DNA from: Thermotogaceae bacterium
GTDB lineage: Bacteria > Thermotogota > Thermotogae > MWEM01
NCBI GenBank assembly: GCA_030445775.1
Contig: JASUTC010000003.1
Location: 1 to 63,281, forward strand
Length of the DNA: 63,281 nt
Reading direction: 5' to 3'
Within the stretch, counting starts at the first letter, position 1; each line of letters starts with the position of its first letter. Below, piece by piece: positions 48,444 to 59,819 of this stretch. The position numbers and the translations under genes were made by a program. The notes under the pieces were generated by a model. It did not search any database. It was not told the DNA's origin and worked only from the letters and a program-made list of their open reading frames with translations.

Positions 48444-49360
48444 CTGTTTAAATAAGTGAATCGTTTGCCCTGATAAGTATTTCTTTCATGCATGCTTCTT
48501 TCAATCTCTTGTATAATTTCTATTTTAAGCATCCCCCAGTTTCCATGGGCGTTTTCTTTTGGAGGTTCCGAACATAATCGGTGAATGACGATAGATGGAT
48601 CAAGATATTCCAAAAAACGAATTTCTCTTTCGACAAATTCATCAAAAGGAAGTAAATCGTATCGGCCTTGTTTGATTCTTCTATCCAGTTCTGTTCCCTC
48701 AACAACATAGAGAGAATGGAGTTTAACCCCATCAACGCCCAATGCACTGAGAATTTGAGCACCTTCAACCACATCTTCCATCGCATCTTGCGGTAAATCC
48801 ACGATCATATGGGCTAAAGTAGTAATTCCCATTTTTTTTGTCCTTAAAACAGCATCGATAAAATCTGCCAGTGTATGGCCTCGGTTCAAATCAACTAGGG
48901 TTTCTCTGTTAACGGATTGCAATCCATATTCAATCAAAATTTCTGCCTTGTCTTTATAGGTGGCAATCAAATCCAATTTTTCCTGCTCAACACAATCGGG
49001 TCTGGTGGATATGTCAAGTACTTTGATTCTTTCGTCTATAAACAAACGATCAAAGATATGTTTCAGTTTTTCCACCGATGCATAAGTATTTGTATAAGAT
49101 TGAAGATAAACGGCAAAATAAATATCTTCACCGTATTTTTTTTCCGTTCTTTGAATCATGGTTTTAATTTGTTCTTCAATGGGAACCGTTGGTGATTCAG
49201 CTGCAAAACCACTACCCGTTGGGTCGCAAAAAATACAACCGTTGATCCCATTTTTTTTCGTCCGATTAGGACACCCCAAACCGGTTGAAACTGGGATTCT
49301 TTGAACCCGTTTACCATATTTCTTTTTCCAAAAAGAATTCAATTGATTATAAGGCTTCAA
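48440..49360 (-). CDS. TIGR01212 (YhcC/YtqA) family radical SAM protein
   Basis: CPNR....GCIFC, Y.QSYTNTY, STRPD, EYGLQS, NRGH, GVKLH.L.V..GT. Confidence 0.92.
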   Translation of the reverse strand: MKPYNQLNSFWKKKYGKRVQRIPVSTGLGCPNRTKKNGINGCIFCDPTGSGFAAESPTVPIEEQIKTMIQRTEKKYGEDIYFAVYLQSYTNTYASVEKLKHIFDRLFIDERIKVLDISTRPDCVEQEKLDLIATYKDKAEILIEYGLQSVNRETLVDLNRGHTLADFIDAVLRTKKMGITTLAHMIVDLPQDAMEDVVEGAQILSALGVDGVKLHSLYVVEGTELDRRIKQGRYDLLPFDEFVEREIRFLEYLDPSIVIHRLCSEPPKENAHGNWGMLKIEIIQEIERSMHERNTYQGKRFTYLNR

Positions 49361-49905
49361 AGCTCTATCACACTTTCATTAATCACTTTTGGGTTTTCTA
49401 AGTAATCGATTAGTTCAATTCGTATCGTTTCAAGATCTTCAGAACTATCACTTTCAATATAAAAAAACCATTTCTCTCTAAACCATGATTCCATATAAAG
49501 ATTGCCTTCCTGAGCTTTATACTCTCCCATCAAAAAGGGAATAGATGTGAAAGAAGATTTAAATAAAGCGTTATTTTCTTTTGCAAGAGCTCTCCAAAGA
49601 TAATAAACCCCTTTTCCGTTTGTAGTGTGTGCAGAAACAATTTTTGCATAGGCACCGTTTTTTCCTGAATAGACAATTGAAATCATGTTTCCCTCAAGTG
49701 AATCATTCTCCAGAAAATCGGACACGCTGTTAAATTCATATTGTGTGGCTTTATAATTTGCAAGTTTAAAATCCACAAGTCTTGAAACGGTAAAATCATC
49801 CCTTTCAGGGACTTCACCACAAGATGTTAAGAATAATAACATGAATACTGTTAATAAAACGGCAAAAAGATTTTTTTTCATCTTATATGTAATTTTTTTC
49901 ATCAA
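49357..49905 (-). CDS. Putative lipoprotein, function unknown
   Basis: Basic N-terminus, hydrophobic core and LTSC lipobox. Confidence 0.65.
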   Translation of the reverse strand: MMKKITYKMKKNLFAVLLTVFMLLFLTSCGEVPERDDFTVSRLVDFKLANYKATQYEFNSVSDFLENDSLEGNMISIVYSGKNGAYAKIVSAHTTNGKGVYYLWRALAKENNALFKSSFTSIPFLMGEYKAQEGNLYMESWFREKWFFYIESDSSEDLETIRIELIDYLENPKVINESVIEL

Positions 49906-49964
49906 ATCACCTTCTACTTTCCTGGCTTATTCCTTAGAAAATCATTCTTAATGCTATATAAGTT

Positions 49965-50549
49965 TTACTTCATCTTGTTCAAAATAAACTTTGACCAGTT
50001 CTCCATTGCTTCAATCTCATTAGTTAACTCATCAACTCGTTTCCAAGTATAGTCAAATTTATCCTTTTCGTTGATTCCATAAAATTCAATTTTTACCTTG
50101 TAAGCCATTCCCAAATGCACTTGTCCCACGTTTGTGGAATTATCGTAAATGACACCAAGAAATTCAGGAGTCTCTTTTAACTGTACTTCCACTTCTTCAT
50201 CAATTTCACGTTGCATACCTTTTTTAAACGCTTCCAAGGGTGTTTCTGAATCTTCATTGTTCACATGTCCTCCCACTCCCAGGCTTATTTTGTTATGAAG
50301 TCTTTTTTCACTCTGGGTTGTTAGTCTTTTTAGGGTGAGAATTTCATTCTTTTCATTGACCATGGCAATATAAGGTATGACTTGTTTATAATGCGGATCC
50401 TGTTCAACTCTATCACGCGCTTTGAACAATCCTTTTTTTTCTATTATTCCAAACAGAACCTTCTCGTCTGCATCTTTAAGACCGGGGTCACCCTGGATAA
50501 ATTCTTTGAGGTTCTCAGTTTCTATGACTAAAATATCTTCCTTCATCAA
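49965..50549 (-). CDS. Predicted NUDIX-fold phosphoesterase (COG4112/YmaB-like)
   Basis: R..VEQDP.YKQVIPY, E.RLH.K.SLGVGGH.N, G..REIDEEV, VGQVHLG, ENWS. Confidence 0.85.
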   Translation of the reverse strand: MMKEDILVIETENLKEFIQGDPGLKDADEKVLFGIIEKKGLFKARDRVEQDPHYKQVIPYIAMVNEKNEILTLKRLTTQSEKRLHNKISLGVGGHVNNEDSETPLEAFKKGMQREIDEEVEVQLKETPEFLGVIYDNSTNVGQVHLGMAYKVKIEFYGINEKDKFDYTWKRVDELTNEIEAMENWSKFILNKMK

Positions 50550-50558
50550 ATCACCAAA

Positions 50559-51509
50559 TCAATCGCTGTTTTTTTTATAAAATTGCATTTCTAAGACGAC
50601 TCCTTTGTCCACTTCTGAAACAATAACCATTTTGTCCGAATACCTTTGGATGTTAGGTAATCCCATCCCGGCACCAAATCCCATTTCTCTTATTTGATCC
50701 GTTGCTGTTGAAAATCCTTCTGTCATGGCAATTTCTACATCTGAAATCCCCTTTCCGTGATCTTCAATACGTATTCTGACATAGTCTTCATGAACAAAAC
50801 AGTAAATCGTACCGACATTTCCACTATGAATCACAACGTTAGTCTCCGCTTCATAGGTCGCAATGGCTATCTTTCTGACAATATCTTCAGGAATATCCTT
50901 TTTATTTAATAAAAAATCTTTTAATCTGGCTGCACCAATACCGGAAAGACTGATTTCAGTATAATCAATGGGAAAAACAAAATCAGCCCCTGATTTGTTG
51001 ATCTCCTCACCGGTAATCAAAGACCTGTTTAATGCCTCTCCGTCTAAAACGTCGGACATTCTCTTATCTCTGACGTACAACACCCTGAATTCTTCCAAAA
51101 TACTGCGTAAAATATCTTCTTTTGTAATAATACCAAGAAGGTTATTCGCTTTATCTACGACCGGAAACCGTCCAAATCCATGTCTTGTAAATTGTTCAAA
51201 TATTTTTGGAAGGTTTGCGTCCGGTGAAATAACCTTCAATCTTTTACTCATATGCTTTTCTAACGGTTGTTGTATTTCCCTATTTTCAAGCGCTTTAATA
51301 ATATCCTCTATACTGACCAAACCCACGAGTTTGCCGTCATCAACAACGGGTAATCCCGATATTTTCTTTAGTCTCATGAGCTCTTTTGCTTGTTCCATCG
51401 TTCTATCCGAAGAGATTGTGATTACATTGGAAATCATAATATCCCTTGCCAACAAGTCTTTGAACAACAACTGCATCTGATCAATTAATTTATCGACTGT
51501 CGCCTTCAT
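50559..51509 (-). CDS. CBS-pair + RsbT-like anti-sigma/Ser-Thr kinase (HATPase) protein
   Basis: Two CBS motifs (ISGLPVVD..LVG.VS..DI; FGRFPVVD...LLGIIT..DI); N-box EAETNVVIH, DHGKGI, GFST, GAGMGL. Confidence 0.88.
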   Translation of the reverse strand: MKATVDKLIDQMQLLFKDLLARDIMISNVITISSDRTMEQAKELMRLKKISGLPVVDDGKLVGLVSIEDIIKALENREIQQPLEKHMSKRLKVISPDANLPKIFEQFTRHGFGRFPVVDKANNLLGIITKEDILRSILEEFRVLYVRDKRMSDVLDGEALNRSLITGEEINKSGADFVFPIDYTEISLSGIGAARLKDFLLNKKDIPEDIVRKIAIATYEAETNVVIHSGNVGTIYCFVHEDYVRIRIEDHGKGISDVEIAMTEGFSTATDQIREMGFGAGMGLPNIQRYSDKMVIVSEVDKGVVLEMQFYKKNSD

Positions 51510-51531
51510 TTAACTCCTCCTCCGCCTGTTT

Positions 51532-51891
51532 TTATAAACTCTTGATATCCTTCATTTTTCTTTCATACAGCCTGCCACAAGCTGTATACATGGCAAGAGG
51601 AGAATGAAGCAAGGGAATACCAAATAATCTGGCAGCTTCAATTGTTGATTCAGGTATTTGTTTCTTTCGTACTATAACCAAAGCCCCAATACCAACAATA
51701 CTGGCTGTCCTGACAACTTGAGCGGTATTCAAACCGGTTATTAAAAGCATCCCGGGTTTTGCAAATGCCAACACATCACTCATCATATCAGCGGCACCTG
51801 CTCTTTCTATTTCCAAATCATCCTTCTTTTCTTCTCCCACTACTATTAATGCTTCCAGTACATCCGCTATTTCTCCCAGTTTCAAATCCAA
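51532..51891 (-). CDS. DRTGG domain protein
   Basis: AADMMSDVLAF....LLITGL...QVVRTA and MYTACGRLY, typical of stand-alone DRTGG proteins. Confidence 0.82.
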   Translation of the reverse strand: MDLKLGEIADVLEALIVVGEEKKDDLEIERAGAADMMSDVLAFAKPGMLLITGLNTAQVVRTASIVGIGALVIVRKKQIPESTIEAARLFGIPLLHSPLAMYTACGRLYERKMKDIKSL

Positions 51892-52599
51892 TCACTCTCC
51901 TGTTTTATCGATTAAAAGATCACCTTTGTAATAGTGCTTGATAAAAGATTCATACGTCCAGGGACATTGTTCATTAAAAATGTCAGCAATTACTTTAGCA
52001 TATTCTTGTATTTCATATTGCGCGTGTGAATCTGCACGAAGGTTAAGAAAATTCATGAGACTTCTTACATTAATGGTCCAATACCACTGCGTATAAATAT
52101 TCAAAGGCAAAACCATTCTGGCCATTTCTCTCGCTACTCCTTGATTCAAGAGGCTTTCATAAGTATCATAGCAATTTTCCGTCTGTCTTTTGATCATTTC
52201 TATTGAACTTGATTCTTTCTCATCATCAAAACCAAAAAGACTTCCTTGTCTGTTAACCTTATCCTGTTTCCTCATCTTTTGAGGGTAATAAAACTCATGC
52301 TTGATGATGGAGTACCGACCTGATATTTCATTAAAGCTGGAAATCCTGTGCCTAAACCATTGCCTTGCTACAAACATGGGTGCTTTAACTCTGAAAGTAA
52401 AAACAATATGCTCAAAAGGACTTTCATGACCGTTTTCCATTAAATACTTAATGAGTTTTTTATCCCTTGCTTTACTTGATAAACCTTTTTGAAAAGAAAC
52501 CCTGGCAGCTTCTACTGCTCTAAGATCATTTCCCATCATATCAACAAATTCTACAAAACCTTTATCCAAAACTTCAAACATCTTTTTCTTTTGCATCAT
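51892..52599 (-). CDS. thyX: FAD-dependent thymidylate synthase
   Basis: [38 protein letters not shown]...HAQ.EI. Confidence 0.96.
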   Translation of the reverse strand: MMQKKKMFEVLDKGFVEFVDMMGNDLRAVEAARVSFQKGLSSKARDKKLIKYLMENGHESPFEHIVFTFRVKAPMFVARQWFRHRISSFNEISGRYSIIKHEFYYPQKMRKQDKVNRQGSLFGFDDEKESSSIEMIKRQTENCYDTYESLLNQGVAREMARMVLPLNIYTQWYWTINVRSLMNFLNLRADSHAQYEIQEYAKVIADIFNEQCPWTYESFIKHYYKGDLLIDKTGE

Positions 52600-53932
52600 T
52601 CAACTCCTGTTTAATTGTTCCTTTCAAAAATTCCTTCATGATATGTAAACCTCTTTTAGATTTTTCAGCTCTTCTCTTCTTTTTTGGCACTCTTATTCTA
52701 AGATCAGGAAGTAAACCAAAGTTAGCATACATGGGTTTTAAGTCATCAGAATGGCTGCAATAATTAAAAAGGCTTCCAATCATCGTTTCCAAAGGAAAAG
52801 TGATTTTCTCCAAACCCATTAACTCTTGATAGATATTCATTCCCACAAAATAGCCTGACGCAATTGATTCCACATAACCTTCAACACCTGTTATTTGACC
52901 GGCAAAATAAAGTCTGGAACACTTTTTTGACGAAAAATCATCGTGTAAAAGAATTGGACTGTTAATATATGCGTTTTTATGCATCACACCATAACGTAGT
53001 ACATCTACATGTTCCAAACCGGGAATCATACGTATAATTCTTTTCTGCTCGGACCATTTCAACCTCGTTTGAAAGCCCACCAAATTATACATTGTTCCAC
53101 TGTTGTTTTCTTTCCTCAATTGAACAACGGCATAGGGTTCTTTACCGGTTCGGGGATCAATTAAACCAACTGGTTTTAACGGTCCAAATCGCATGGCATC
53201 AACACCGCTTTTTGCTATCTCTTCGATGGGTTGGCACCGATCAAAAAGATGCTTTTTCTCAAAATCTTCTACGGGTAAACAATCTGCCTTGATTAAAGCT
53301 TCTTGAAATTGTTCATAAGTATTTTTGTCCATTGGGCAATTTAAATAATCACCGGCTTTTGGTTGATGGAACTCATCAAATTGATCATAACGGTCCGCTG
53401 AAAAGACAATCTCTTTATCAATTTCTTCTGAATCGATGATCGGTGAAACCGCATCGAAAAAAAACAACTCTTCACTTTTAAGAAAAGATGCCAATGAGGC
53501 CATTAACGATTCTGATGTAAGTGGACCGGTAGCCACAACCAAGTATTCGTCTTTTAGATTAAATTTACGTATATCGGTAATTTCTTCCCGGACGATTTCA
53601 ATTCTTTCTTCAACAGCCTGGGTAACTTTTTGTGAAAAGAGATTCCTGTCAACAGCCAAGGCCTTTCCTGCTTTTACGCGACACTGGTTTGCTATATTGA
53701 GTAACCGAGAATTAAGAAGCGTTAATTCATTCTTTAGCATTCCGGATGCGTTTTCTATCATCTCGGATTTTAAAGAATTGGAACAGACCAGTTCTGATAG
53801 GAATGCCGTTTGATGAACAGGTGTCATCTTTACCGGACGCATTTCAAATAATCGAACCTTCACACCTCTTTCTGAAAGGTATAAAGCACATTCACTTCCT
53901 GCAAGTCCTCCCCCTACTATGTTAACCATCAT
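52574..53932 (-). CDS. trmFO: Methylenetetrahydrofolate-tRNA-(uracil-5-)-methyltransferase TrmFO (Gid)
   Basis: [64 protein letters not shown]. Confidence 0.96.
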   Translation of the reverse strand: MMVNIVGGGLAGSECALYLSERGVKVRLFEMRPVKMTPVHQTAFLSELVCSNSLKSEMIENASGMLKNELTLLNSRLLNIANQCRVKAGKALAVDRNLFSQKVTQAVEERIEIVREEITDIRKFNLKDEYLVVATGPLTSESLMASLASFLKSEELFFFDAVSPIIDSEEIDKEIVFSADRYDQFDEFHQPKAGDYLNCPMDKNTYEQFQEALIKADCLPVEDFEKKHLFDRCQPIEEIAKSGVDAMRFGPLKPVGLIDPRTGKEPYAVVQLRKENNSGTMYNLVGFQTRLKWSEQKRIIRMIPGLEHVDVLRYGVMHKNAYINSPILLHDDFSSKKCSRLYFAGQITGVEGYVESIASGYFVGMNIYQELMGLEKITFPLETMIGSLFNYCSHSDDLKPMYANFGLLPDLRIRVPKKKRRAEKSKRGLHIMKEFLKGTIKQELNDAKEKDV

Positions 53933-53934
53933 CG

Positions 53935-54360
53935 TTATTTTGCCCCGTCCAAAAAACGCTTTTTCATATATAAAATATTACCGTTTTTGATGGGTTTGTA
54001 TTCTATTTCAGACATAATATTTTTCATCAAATAAACACCCAATCCGTGATCCTTTACATCATCAAGATCACGAGATTCTATTTTACTCACATCAACCGGC
54101 TGCCCCTTATCTTGAATTTCAAAGATACATTCTCTTTTCTCATTATCCCATATGATTTTTAAAATAATAATCTCGTCAGCTGTGTAATTGTACGTATGCT
54201 CAATTACATTTGCCAAGGCTTCGTTAATGGCCAATTCAGTATCAAAGATTTCAGCATCAGAAACCTTTTTCAGTTTTAAAAAGGTTTTTAAAGAAGACCT
54301 TATAACCCTGATGTTATCAATTTTCGCACTAAAAGTAAAAACAAACAATTCAGCCATCAA
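53935..54360 (-). CDS. RsbW/SpoIIAB-like anti-sigma factor kinase
   Basis: ELAINEALANVIEH, IQDKG, HGLGVYLM. Confidence 0.88.
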   Translation of the reverse strand: MMAELFVFTFSAKIDNIRVIRSSLKTFLKLKKVSDAEIFDTELAINEALANVIEHTYNYTADEIIILKIIWDNEKRECIFEIQDKGQPVDVSKIESRDLDDVKDHGLGVYLMKNIMSEIEYKPIKNGNILYMKKRFLDGAK

Positions 54361-54374
54361 TTACCTCCTTGTCA

Positions 54375-55256
54375 TTAACTGCAGCTTGTTCTAATGTAAT
54401 AGAAGATATATTCTTGAATGTATCCACAAAACTCCCCAAAGATATTTTGGCCAACAATCATCAAACTCTCTGCATTTCCCGTTACGTTAAAATGTTGTTT
54501 TAAAAATCTGGATATCCAGACATCAACCGGAAAAGCCCTAAAATCGGAAAACCCAAATAACGCCACACAATTTGCTACCTTGTAACCAATTCCACTGAAA
54601 CCAGTCAAATAATTTAATTTTTGCTCTAATGGCGTGTTTTTTAACGTATAAAATTCTTTAATGTCTATCACATCAACGAGTTCTTTTAGCCATTTTGAAC
54701 GATAACCAAACAACATGGATTGAAAATCAGTTACGTCTAAACGTCTAAGTTGATCGATTGAGGGAAAAAGAAAAAAAGGGTATTCACCAACAAAAACCTG
54801 GTTTTCAGTAAAAAAACTTGCCAAGGTTTCACAACGTTTTTTTATTGTTGGAATGTTAGATTGCGTCGATAATAAATACTCCACCAGCATTTCCCAAGGA
54901 TCCTGTCTTAAAAGTCGTATCCCAATATTAGTATCCACTATTTCGTTGAATAACAATACGAATTCAGGATACGTTTTTTCTACCTGTTTTAAAGCGTTTC
55001 CTTTAATACTTTGAAGTGAATCATTTAACCCAAGATAATGAATGACCCCATTTTCAAGATTTTCCCCATTTATTTCCTCACAATTGGATTGAACGGTTAA
55101 CATACATTTCGTTTTATTGTGGTATAAAATAAGTGGTGTTCTATTGACGACTCCGTACCATTTACCCTTTTTTTTATACCATCTGAAAGTCTGGCCGCAA
55201 TTTAAGGTTTTATCCAAATCCAATGAAACATTGATGGGAATTTCGACTTCAACCAC
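54375..55256 (-). CDS. 8-oxoguanine DNA glycosylase (OGG1-like)
   Basis: LDKTLNCGQTFRW, GIRLLRQDPWE, GYRSK, GIGYKVANCV (catalytic Lys), FPVDVW (catalytic Asp). Confidence 0.9.
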   Translation of the reverse strand: MVEVEIPINVSLDLDKTLNCGQTFRWYKKKGKWYGVVNRTPLILYHNKTKCMLTVQSNCEEINGENLENGVIHYLGLNDSLQSIKGNALKQVEKTYPEFVLLFNEIVDTNIGIRLLRQDPWEMLVEYLLSTQSNIPTIKKRCETLASFFTENQVFVGEYPFFLFPSIDQLRRLDVTDFQSMLFGYRSKWLKELVDVIDIKEFYTLKNTPLEQKLNYLTGFSGIGYKVANCVALFGFSDFRAFPVDVWISRFLKQHFNVTGNAESLMIVGQNIFGEFCGYIQEYIFYYIRTSCS

Positions 55257-55270
55257 TTGTCTTCTGATTG

Positions 55271-55819
55271 TTAATCACCATCTTTATCATATATCGAGTA
55301 TTCACAACCACAGTAATTTTGCCTGTACAAACCAATTAATTTGCTTTTTTTCACACTGTATAAAAAACCATCACTTTTCCTGAACACCTCATGATAATAA
55401 CGAACCCCAATATTCCATTCTATAACATTTCCAACTTTTTTTATCCAATTTACATCCTTATGCGGACTGGTCATCAAAGAGGTTGTAAAAAAGTTAATTC
55501 CGTTCTTTTTTGCTGTTTTCGCGGTTTCCAAAAGATTTAAAAAAATGCATTTTCTGCATCTTGCTCCTCCTTCTGGTAAATCCTCCAACCCTTTCATTTC
55601 TTTTTTCCAGAGCACAGGATCATAATTCCCATAAATTATATCTATAAGATAATAATCCTGCAGAACCGATACAGCCTCTTTTCTTTTCTCATATTCAGAA
55701 AAAGGTTGAATATTTGAATTAGAAAAAAAACCAATAACTTGAAATTTTTCATCAAGTCTTTCGATTGCTGTCGTGGCATCGGGGGCACAACAGATATGAA
55801 GTAAGATCTTATCATTCAA
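55271..55819 (-). CDS. queH: Epoxyqueuosine reductase QueH
   Basis: [35 protein letters not shown]. Confidence 0.93.
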   Translation of the reverse strand: MNDKILLHICCAPDATTAIERLDEKFQVIGFFSNSNIQPFSEYEKRKEAVSVLQDYYLIDIIYGNYDPVLWKKEMKGLEDLPEGGARCRKCIFLNLLETAKTAKKNGINFFTTSLMTSPHKDVNWIKKVGNVIEWNIGVRYYHEVFRKSDGFLYSVKKSKLIGLYRQNYCGCEYSIYDKDGD

Positions 55820-56265
55820 AATAATTTCTCCGAATCTAACAAGATGGTTACAGGTCCGTCATTAACCAATGAAAACATCATGTGTTCCTGAAATTTTCCA
55901 TACTCTACTTCAATACCTTCACTTTTAATCATTTCACCACAAACCAGGTATAACTCCTTCGCTTGCTCCAATCCTGCTGCTGCAGTAAAAGAAGGCCTTC
56001 TTCCCTTTCTGGCATCTGCGTATAGTGTAAACTGGGAGATTAACAGGACTTTTCCTTTAATATCCTTGACTGACAAATTGAGCTTTTGATTACCATCCTC
56101 AAATATTCTTAAACCCGAAATTTTTGAAGCAATCCATTGTGCATCGCTCTCATTATCCTGATGTGTAACCCCCAATAAAATAGCCAGCCCTTCATTAATC
56201 CGCCCTGTTATTTCTCCATTAACTTCCACTTTGGCTTTCTTGACCTTTTGTACAACTGCCCGCAT
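55816..56265 (-). CDS. dtd: D-aminoacyl-tRNA deacylase
   Basis: [31 protein letters not shown]; ATG at 56265 overlaps the rel stop (TAATG). Confidence 0.96.
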   Translation of the reverse strand: MRAVVQKVKKAKVEVNGEITGRINEGLAILLGVTHQDNESDAQWIASKISGLRIFEDGNQKLNLSVKDIKGKVLLISQFTLYADARKGRRPSFTAAAGLEQAKELYLVCGEMIKSEGIEVEYGKFQEHMMFSLVNDGPVTILLDSEKLF

Positions 56266-58409
56266 TATTTCCTCCTGGCTCTGTATACTCTGGAAATCCC
56301 CTTTAAACCTTTCCAGTATTCTATAATATCGTTTAATTGTCCGGCTGATCTTACATAAACGGAAATCGTATAGACCACATAGTCCCAATCGTTGAATTTT
56401 GTATTTACCTCTTTCATTTTCAAATTCTTTTCTTTTGTCCTTTGGATAATATCTTTTAAAACTTTACCGGATGTATCTGAGGATTCCAGGACGATTTGAG
56501 CCAAATAAAACTCGTTTTCAGTATCTCCCCATTTAACATCAACCAACTCTCCCTCTTTCACATCCTGTGCATTGGGACAACTTGCCGCGTGAATAGTGAT
56601 ACCCTTTTTACTCATGATACCTACTACCTTATCTCCCGGTAATGGATTACAACAATGAGCTATCTTTACATCTATTCCCGACTCTCCGTTAACAAATACC
56701 GTGTTTTTTGATTTTACTTTTTCCCCATCTACTACGATGGGTTCTTCTTCTTCCTCTTCAGTAAAAAGAGTAATGATTTGTTCTGGTGAATAATTGGCAT
56801 CGCCAATTTTCATTAATATATCATTCTCGGTAAAATTTTGATTTAAATTAAGAAATTCCGTTATTTTTTCAGAAGCCAAGATATCATCAATGGAAAGGTT
56901 CAACCTTTTTGAAGCTTTCCTAAGAATATCCTTCCCCTGGTCAACGAGTCTGTCACTATCTCTTTTTTTAAAAAACCTTCTGATCTTTGCACGGGTACTG
57001 GAAGATCTCGCCCATTTTAGCCAATCTAAACTAGGACCACTTCTATTTTTATTAACGATGATTTCAACGATATCCCCATTCTTCAATTCATAACTGTTTT
57101 GTACGATTTTCCCGTTTACCTTGGCACCGGCAAAATGATGTCCTACTTCAGTATGTACAGAATAGGCAAAATCTATGGTCGTTGCACCTGCCGGTAAATG
57201 CTTTACCTCTCCTTTTGGAGTAAAAATGTATACTTCTTCAACTTGAAGTTCGTTTTGAAAATCTTTGAATCCGGTATATCCTTGTTTATAGTCCTGATGC
57301 CATTCCTCGAGTTTTTTTAACCAGTTCTGCTGGTATTTTGACATCTTCCCTTCTTTATAAAGCCAATGAGCGGCTAATCCGTATTCAGCCTCATTATGCA
57401 TTTCTTTACTTCTAATTTGAATTTCGAGAGGCTCTCCTCGATGGGTGATAACAGTTGTATGCAACGATCGATAACCATTTGATTTAGGTGTTGCAATGTA
57501 ATCTTTAACCCTCCCGGGGATAGGTTTCCAAAGATTATGTACCAACCCCATGACATAATAACACTCTCGTTCAGTTTCGGTTAAAACTCTTAAGGCAATG
57601 AGATCGTATATCTCATCAAAGGTCTTACCCTTTTTTGTCATCTTCTGCCAAATGCTGTAGAAATGCTTCTCTCGGCCTGAAATATCACAATTAATCCCTT
57701 GCCGTGCAAGGGATAATTGCAGCAGGCTTTTGTACTCTTCCGTAATCAATTCCCGATTAGCCCTTTTTTCATCAACCATATCTGCAATTTTTTCGTATTC
57801 ATTTGGATAAAGATGTTTAAAGGCCAAATCTTCAAGTTGCCACTTCAGAGAATGAATTCCCAAGCGATGGGCAATAGGAGAAAAAATTTGGAAAGTTTCC
57901 CTTGACTTTTCTTCCTGTTTTAATCGAGGCATTGAATCAATCGTTCGCATATTATGAAGTCGATCGGCCAATTTCACCAAAATGACTCGGATATCTTGTG
58001 CCATAGCAAAAAACATTTTGAGTATGGTTTCCGCTTTTTTATCAATATTTGTTTTGGAAATATCAATCTTGTCTATCTTTGTCACACCATCAACGATATG
58101 AGCGACTTCCTCACCAAACTTCATTCTTATATCGGCAAGAGTGGCATTCGTATCTTCTGCTACATCGTGTAAAAGTCCTGCTTTGATGCTGACAATATCC
58201 AAATTTAACTCAGCTAGAATCAGAGCGACATTTAAAGGGTGGTTGATATAAGGCTCTCCTGATTTTCTGATTTGGGAGGAATGACAAATCTTAGCGTATT
58301 CATACGCTTCGACAACACTGATTAATTCTTCTTCTGTGTAGTTTTTAAATAAGTATCCCAAGGTTTTACGTAATTCCTCCGGGAGCCTTTCCATCTTCAA
58401 TTTAGTCAT
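56265..58409 (-). CDS. relA: Bifunctional (p)ppGpp synthetase/hydrolase Rel
   Basis: [17 protein letters not shown] (HD intact), [42 protein letters not shown] domain; probable ATG at 58409. Confidence 0.95.
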   Translation of the reverse strand: MTKLKMERLPEELRKTLGYLFKNYTEEELISVVEAYEYAKICHSSQIRKSGEPYINHPLNVALILAELNLDIVSIKAGLLHDVAEDTNATLADIRMKFGEEVAHIVDGVTKIDKIDISKTNIDKKAETILKMFFAMAQDIRVILVKLADRLHNMRTIDSMPRLKQEEKSRETFQIFSPIAHRLGIHSLKWQLEDLAFKHLYPNEYEKIADMVDEKRANRELITEEYKSLLQLSLARQGINCDISGREKHFYSIWQKMTKKGKTFDEIYDLIALRVLTETERECYYVMGLVHNLWKPIPGRVKDYIATPKSNGYRSLHTTVITHRGEPLEIQIRSKEMHNEAEYGLAAHWLYKEGKMSKYQQNWLKKLEEWHQDYKQGYTGFKDFQNELQVEEVYIFTPKGEVKHLPAGATTIDFAYSVHTEVGHHFAGAKVNGKIVQNSYELKNGDIVEIIVNKNRSGPSLDWLKWARSSSTRAKIRRFFKKRDSDRLVDQGKDILRKASKRLNLSIDDILASEKITEFLNLNQNFTENDILMKIGDANYSPEQIITLFTEEEEEEPIVVDGEKVKSKNTVFVNGESGIDVKIAHCCNPLPGDKVVGIMSKKGITIHAASCPNAQDVKEGELVDVKWGDTENEFYLAQIVLESSDTSGKVLKDIIQRTKEKNLKMKEVNTKFNDWDYVVYTISVYVRSAGQLNDIIEYWKGLKGISRVYRARRK

Positions 58410-58505
58410 AAAATCTTTCCCCTGCACCCTTTTGCTTTATTTTAACATATAAAGAGTTGCTTTTACCTGAAAATAACAATGATGATCCCGTTAAGAACAG
58501 AACTT

Positions 58506-59816
58506 TCAACCACAAATACTCAGAAAGTATTCTTTGACTTTGCTATATTCATTTGGTAATAACTCGGATTTCTCTTTTAATCGTAATCTTTCCTTTAATC
58601 TGACGGGTATTTCGATATTTTTTCCAATGATTTTCTCCATATCTTCTTTGAATTTTGCAGGATGGGCCGTTTCTAACGCTATTCCTTTTATATTTAAAGA
58701 GCAAGAAAATCTTTTAAGTATTTCTTCCAAAGCGAATAACCCAACCGCTCCATGTGGGTCGAGGAGGTAACCTTGATTTTGGAACATATCTTTTATCTTG
58801 AACTTTGTTTGCTCATCTGTAAATGCCAACCCAATGATATCTTCTTTTATTGCTTGATAATCATGCTGATAAAGTTCCAAGATTCGTTCAAAGTTACTTG
58901 GATCCCCCACATCCATCGCATTGGATAATGTTCTTTTTGAAGGTTTCGGAAGATACTCCCCGGTGTTTAGATAATGTGGTACAACATCGTTGACATTTGT
59001 CGCAGCTATGAATTTAAAAATGCATAGTCCCATTTTTTTTGCGATAATCCCCGCACACAAATTTCCGAAATTTCCGCTGGGTACAGATATATAGAGCTTA
59101 TCATATTCTTTAAATTGCGAAACGGCTTTGAAATAATAGACTATCTGTGGCAGCAAACGGGCAATATTGATCGAGTTTGCTGTTGTTATACGGTGCATTT
59201 CATGAATCTGTTGGTCACTTAAAAGCCTTTTCACAATTCTTTGACAATCATCAAAATTCCCTTCTATTTCTAATGGATAGATATTATTCCCATAGGTAGT
59301 AATCTGTTTCTTTTGGATATCACTTATTTTTTTTGAAGGATATAAGATAAAAACACGAATCCCATCTACATTGTAAAAACCACTTGCAACTGCACTCCCT
59401 GTATCTCCTGAAGTGGCCACTACTATGTTAATCATTTGCTTATCATTTTTAATCAATTTTGATAAAAGCCTTGACATAAATCTTGCCCCCACATCTTTAA
59501 AAGCAAGTGTAGGACCATGAAATAATTCCAAGACAGAAATATTATCAGTTATCTTTTTCAGCGGGATATTAAAATTGAGGGCTTCATCTACAACTACTTC
59601 AAAATCAGATTGATTTAAATCATCAACTATGAAATCATGAAGAACAACCTTAGCAATATCGTTGATGGGCATATTCTGAAATTCTGATAAAACATATGAT
59701 GATATTTGAGGAATGTCTACAGGCATATACAACCCCCCATCCGATGGCATCCCTGTTGTAACCACTGTTTTCAAATCAATTTTTAAGCTTCTATCTTTTG
59801 TACTGAAATATTTCAT
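58506..59816 (-). CDS. thrC: Threonine synthase
   Basis: DGGLY.P, ELFHGPTLAFKD (PLP Lys), ATSGDTG, SINIARL, PSGNFGN, ETAHPAKF. Confidence 0.96.
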   Translation of the reverse strand: MKYFSTKDRSLKIDLKTVVTTGMPSDGGLYMPVDIPQISSYVLSEFQNMPINDIAKVVLHDFIVDDLNQSDFEVVVDEALNFNIPLKKITDNISVLELFHGPTLAFKDVGARFMSRLLSKLIKNDKQMINIVVATSGDTGSAVASGFYNVDGIRVFILYPSKKISDIQKKQITTYGNNIYPLEIEGNFDDCQRIVKRLLSDQQIHEMHRITTANSINIARLLPQIVYYFKAVSQFKEYDKLYISVPSGNFGNLCAGIIAKKMGLCIFKFIAATNVNDVVPHYLNTGEYLPKPSKRTLSNAMDVGDPSNFERILELYQHDYQAIKEDIIGLAFTDEQTKFKIKDMFQNQGYLLDPHGAVGLFALEEILKRFSCSLNIKGIALETAHPAKFKEDMEKIIGKNIEIPVRLKERLRLKEKSELLPNEYSKVKEYFLSICG

Positions 59817-59819
59817 GTT

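Noticed and set aside
56266-56388. N-terminal 41-aa extension of dtd in the ORF track (similar extensions for livF, the B12 protein, ECF sigma and the endonuclease III-like gene)
   Set aside because: Downstream starts with RBS or stop/start overlaps match the expected family N-termini.
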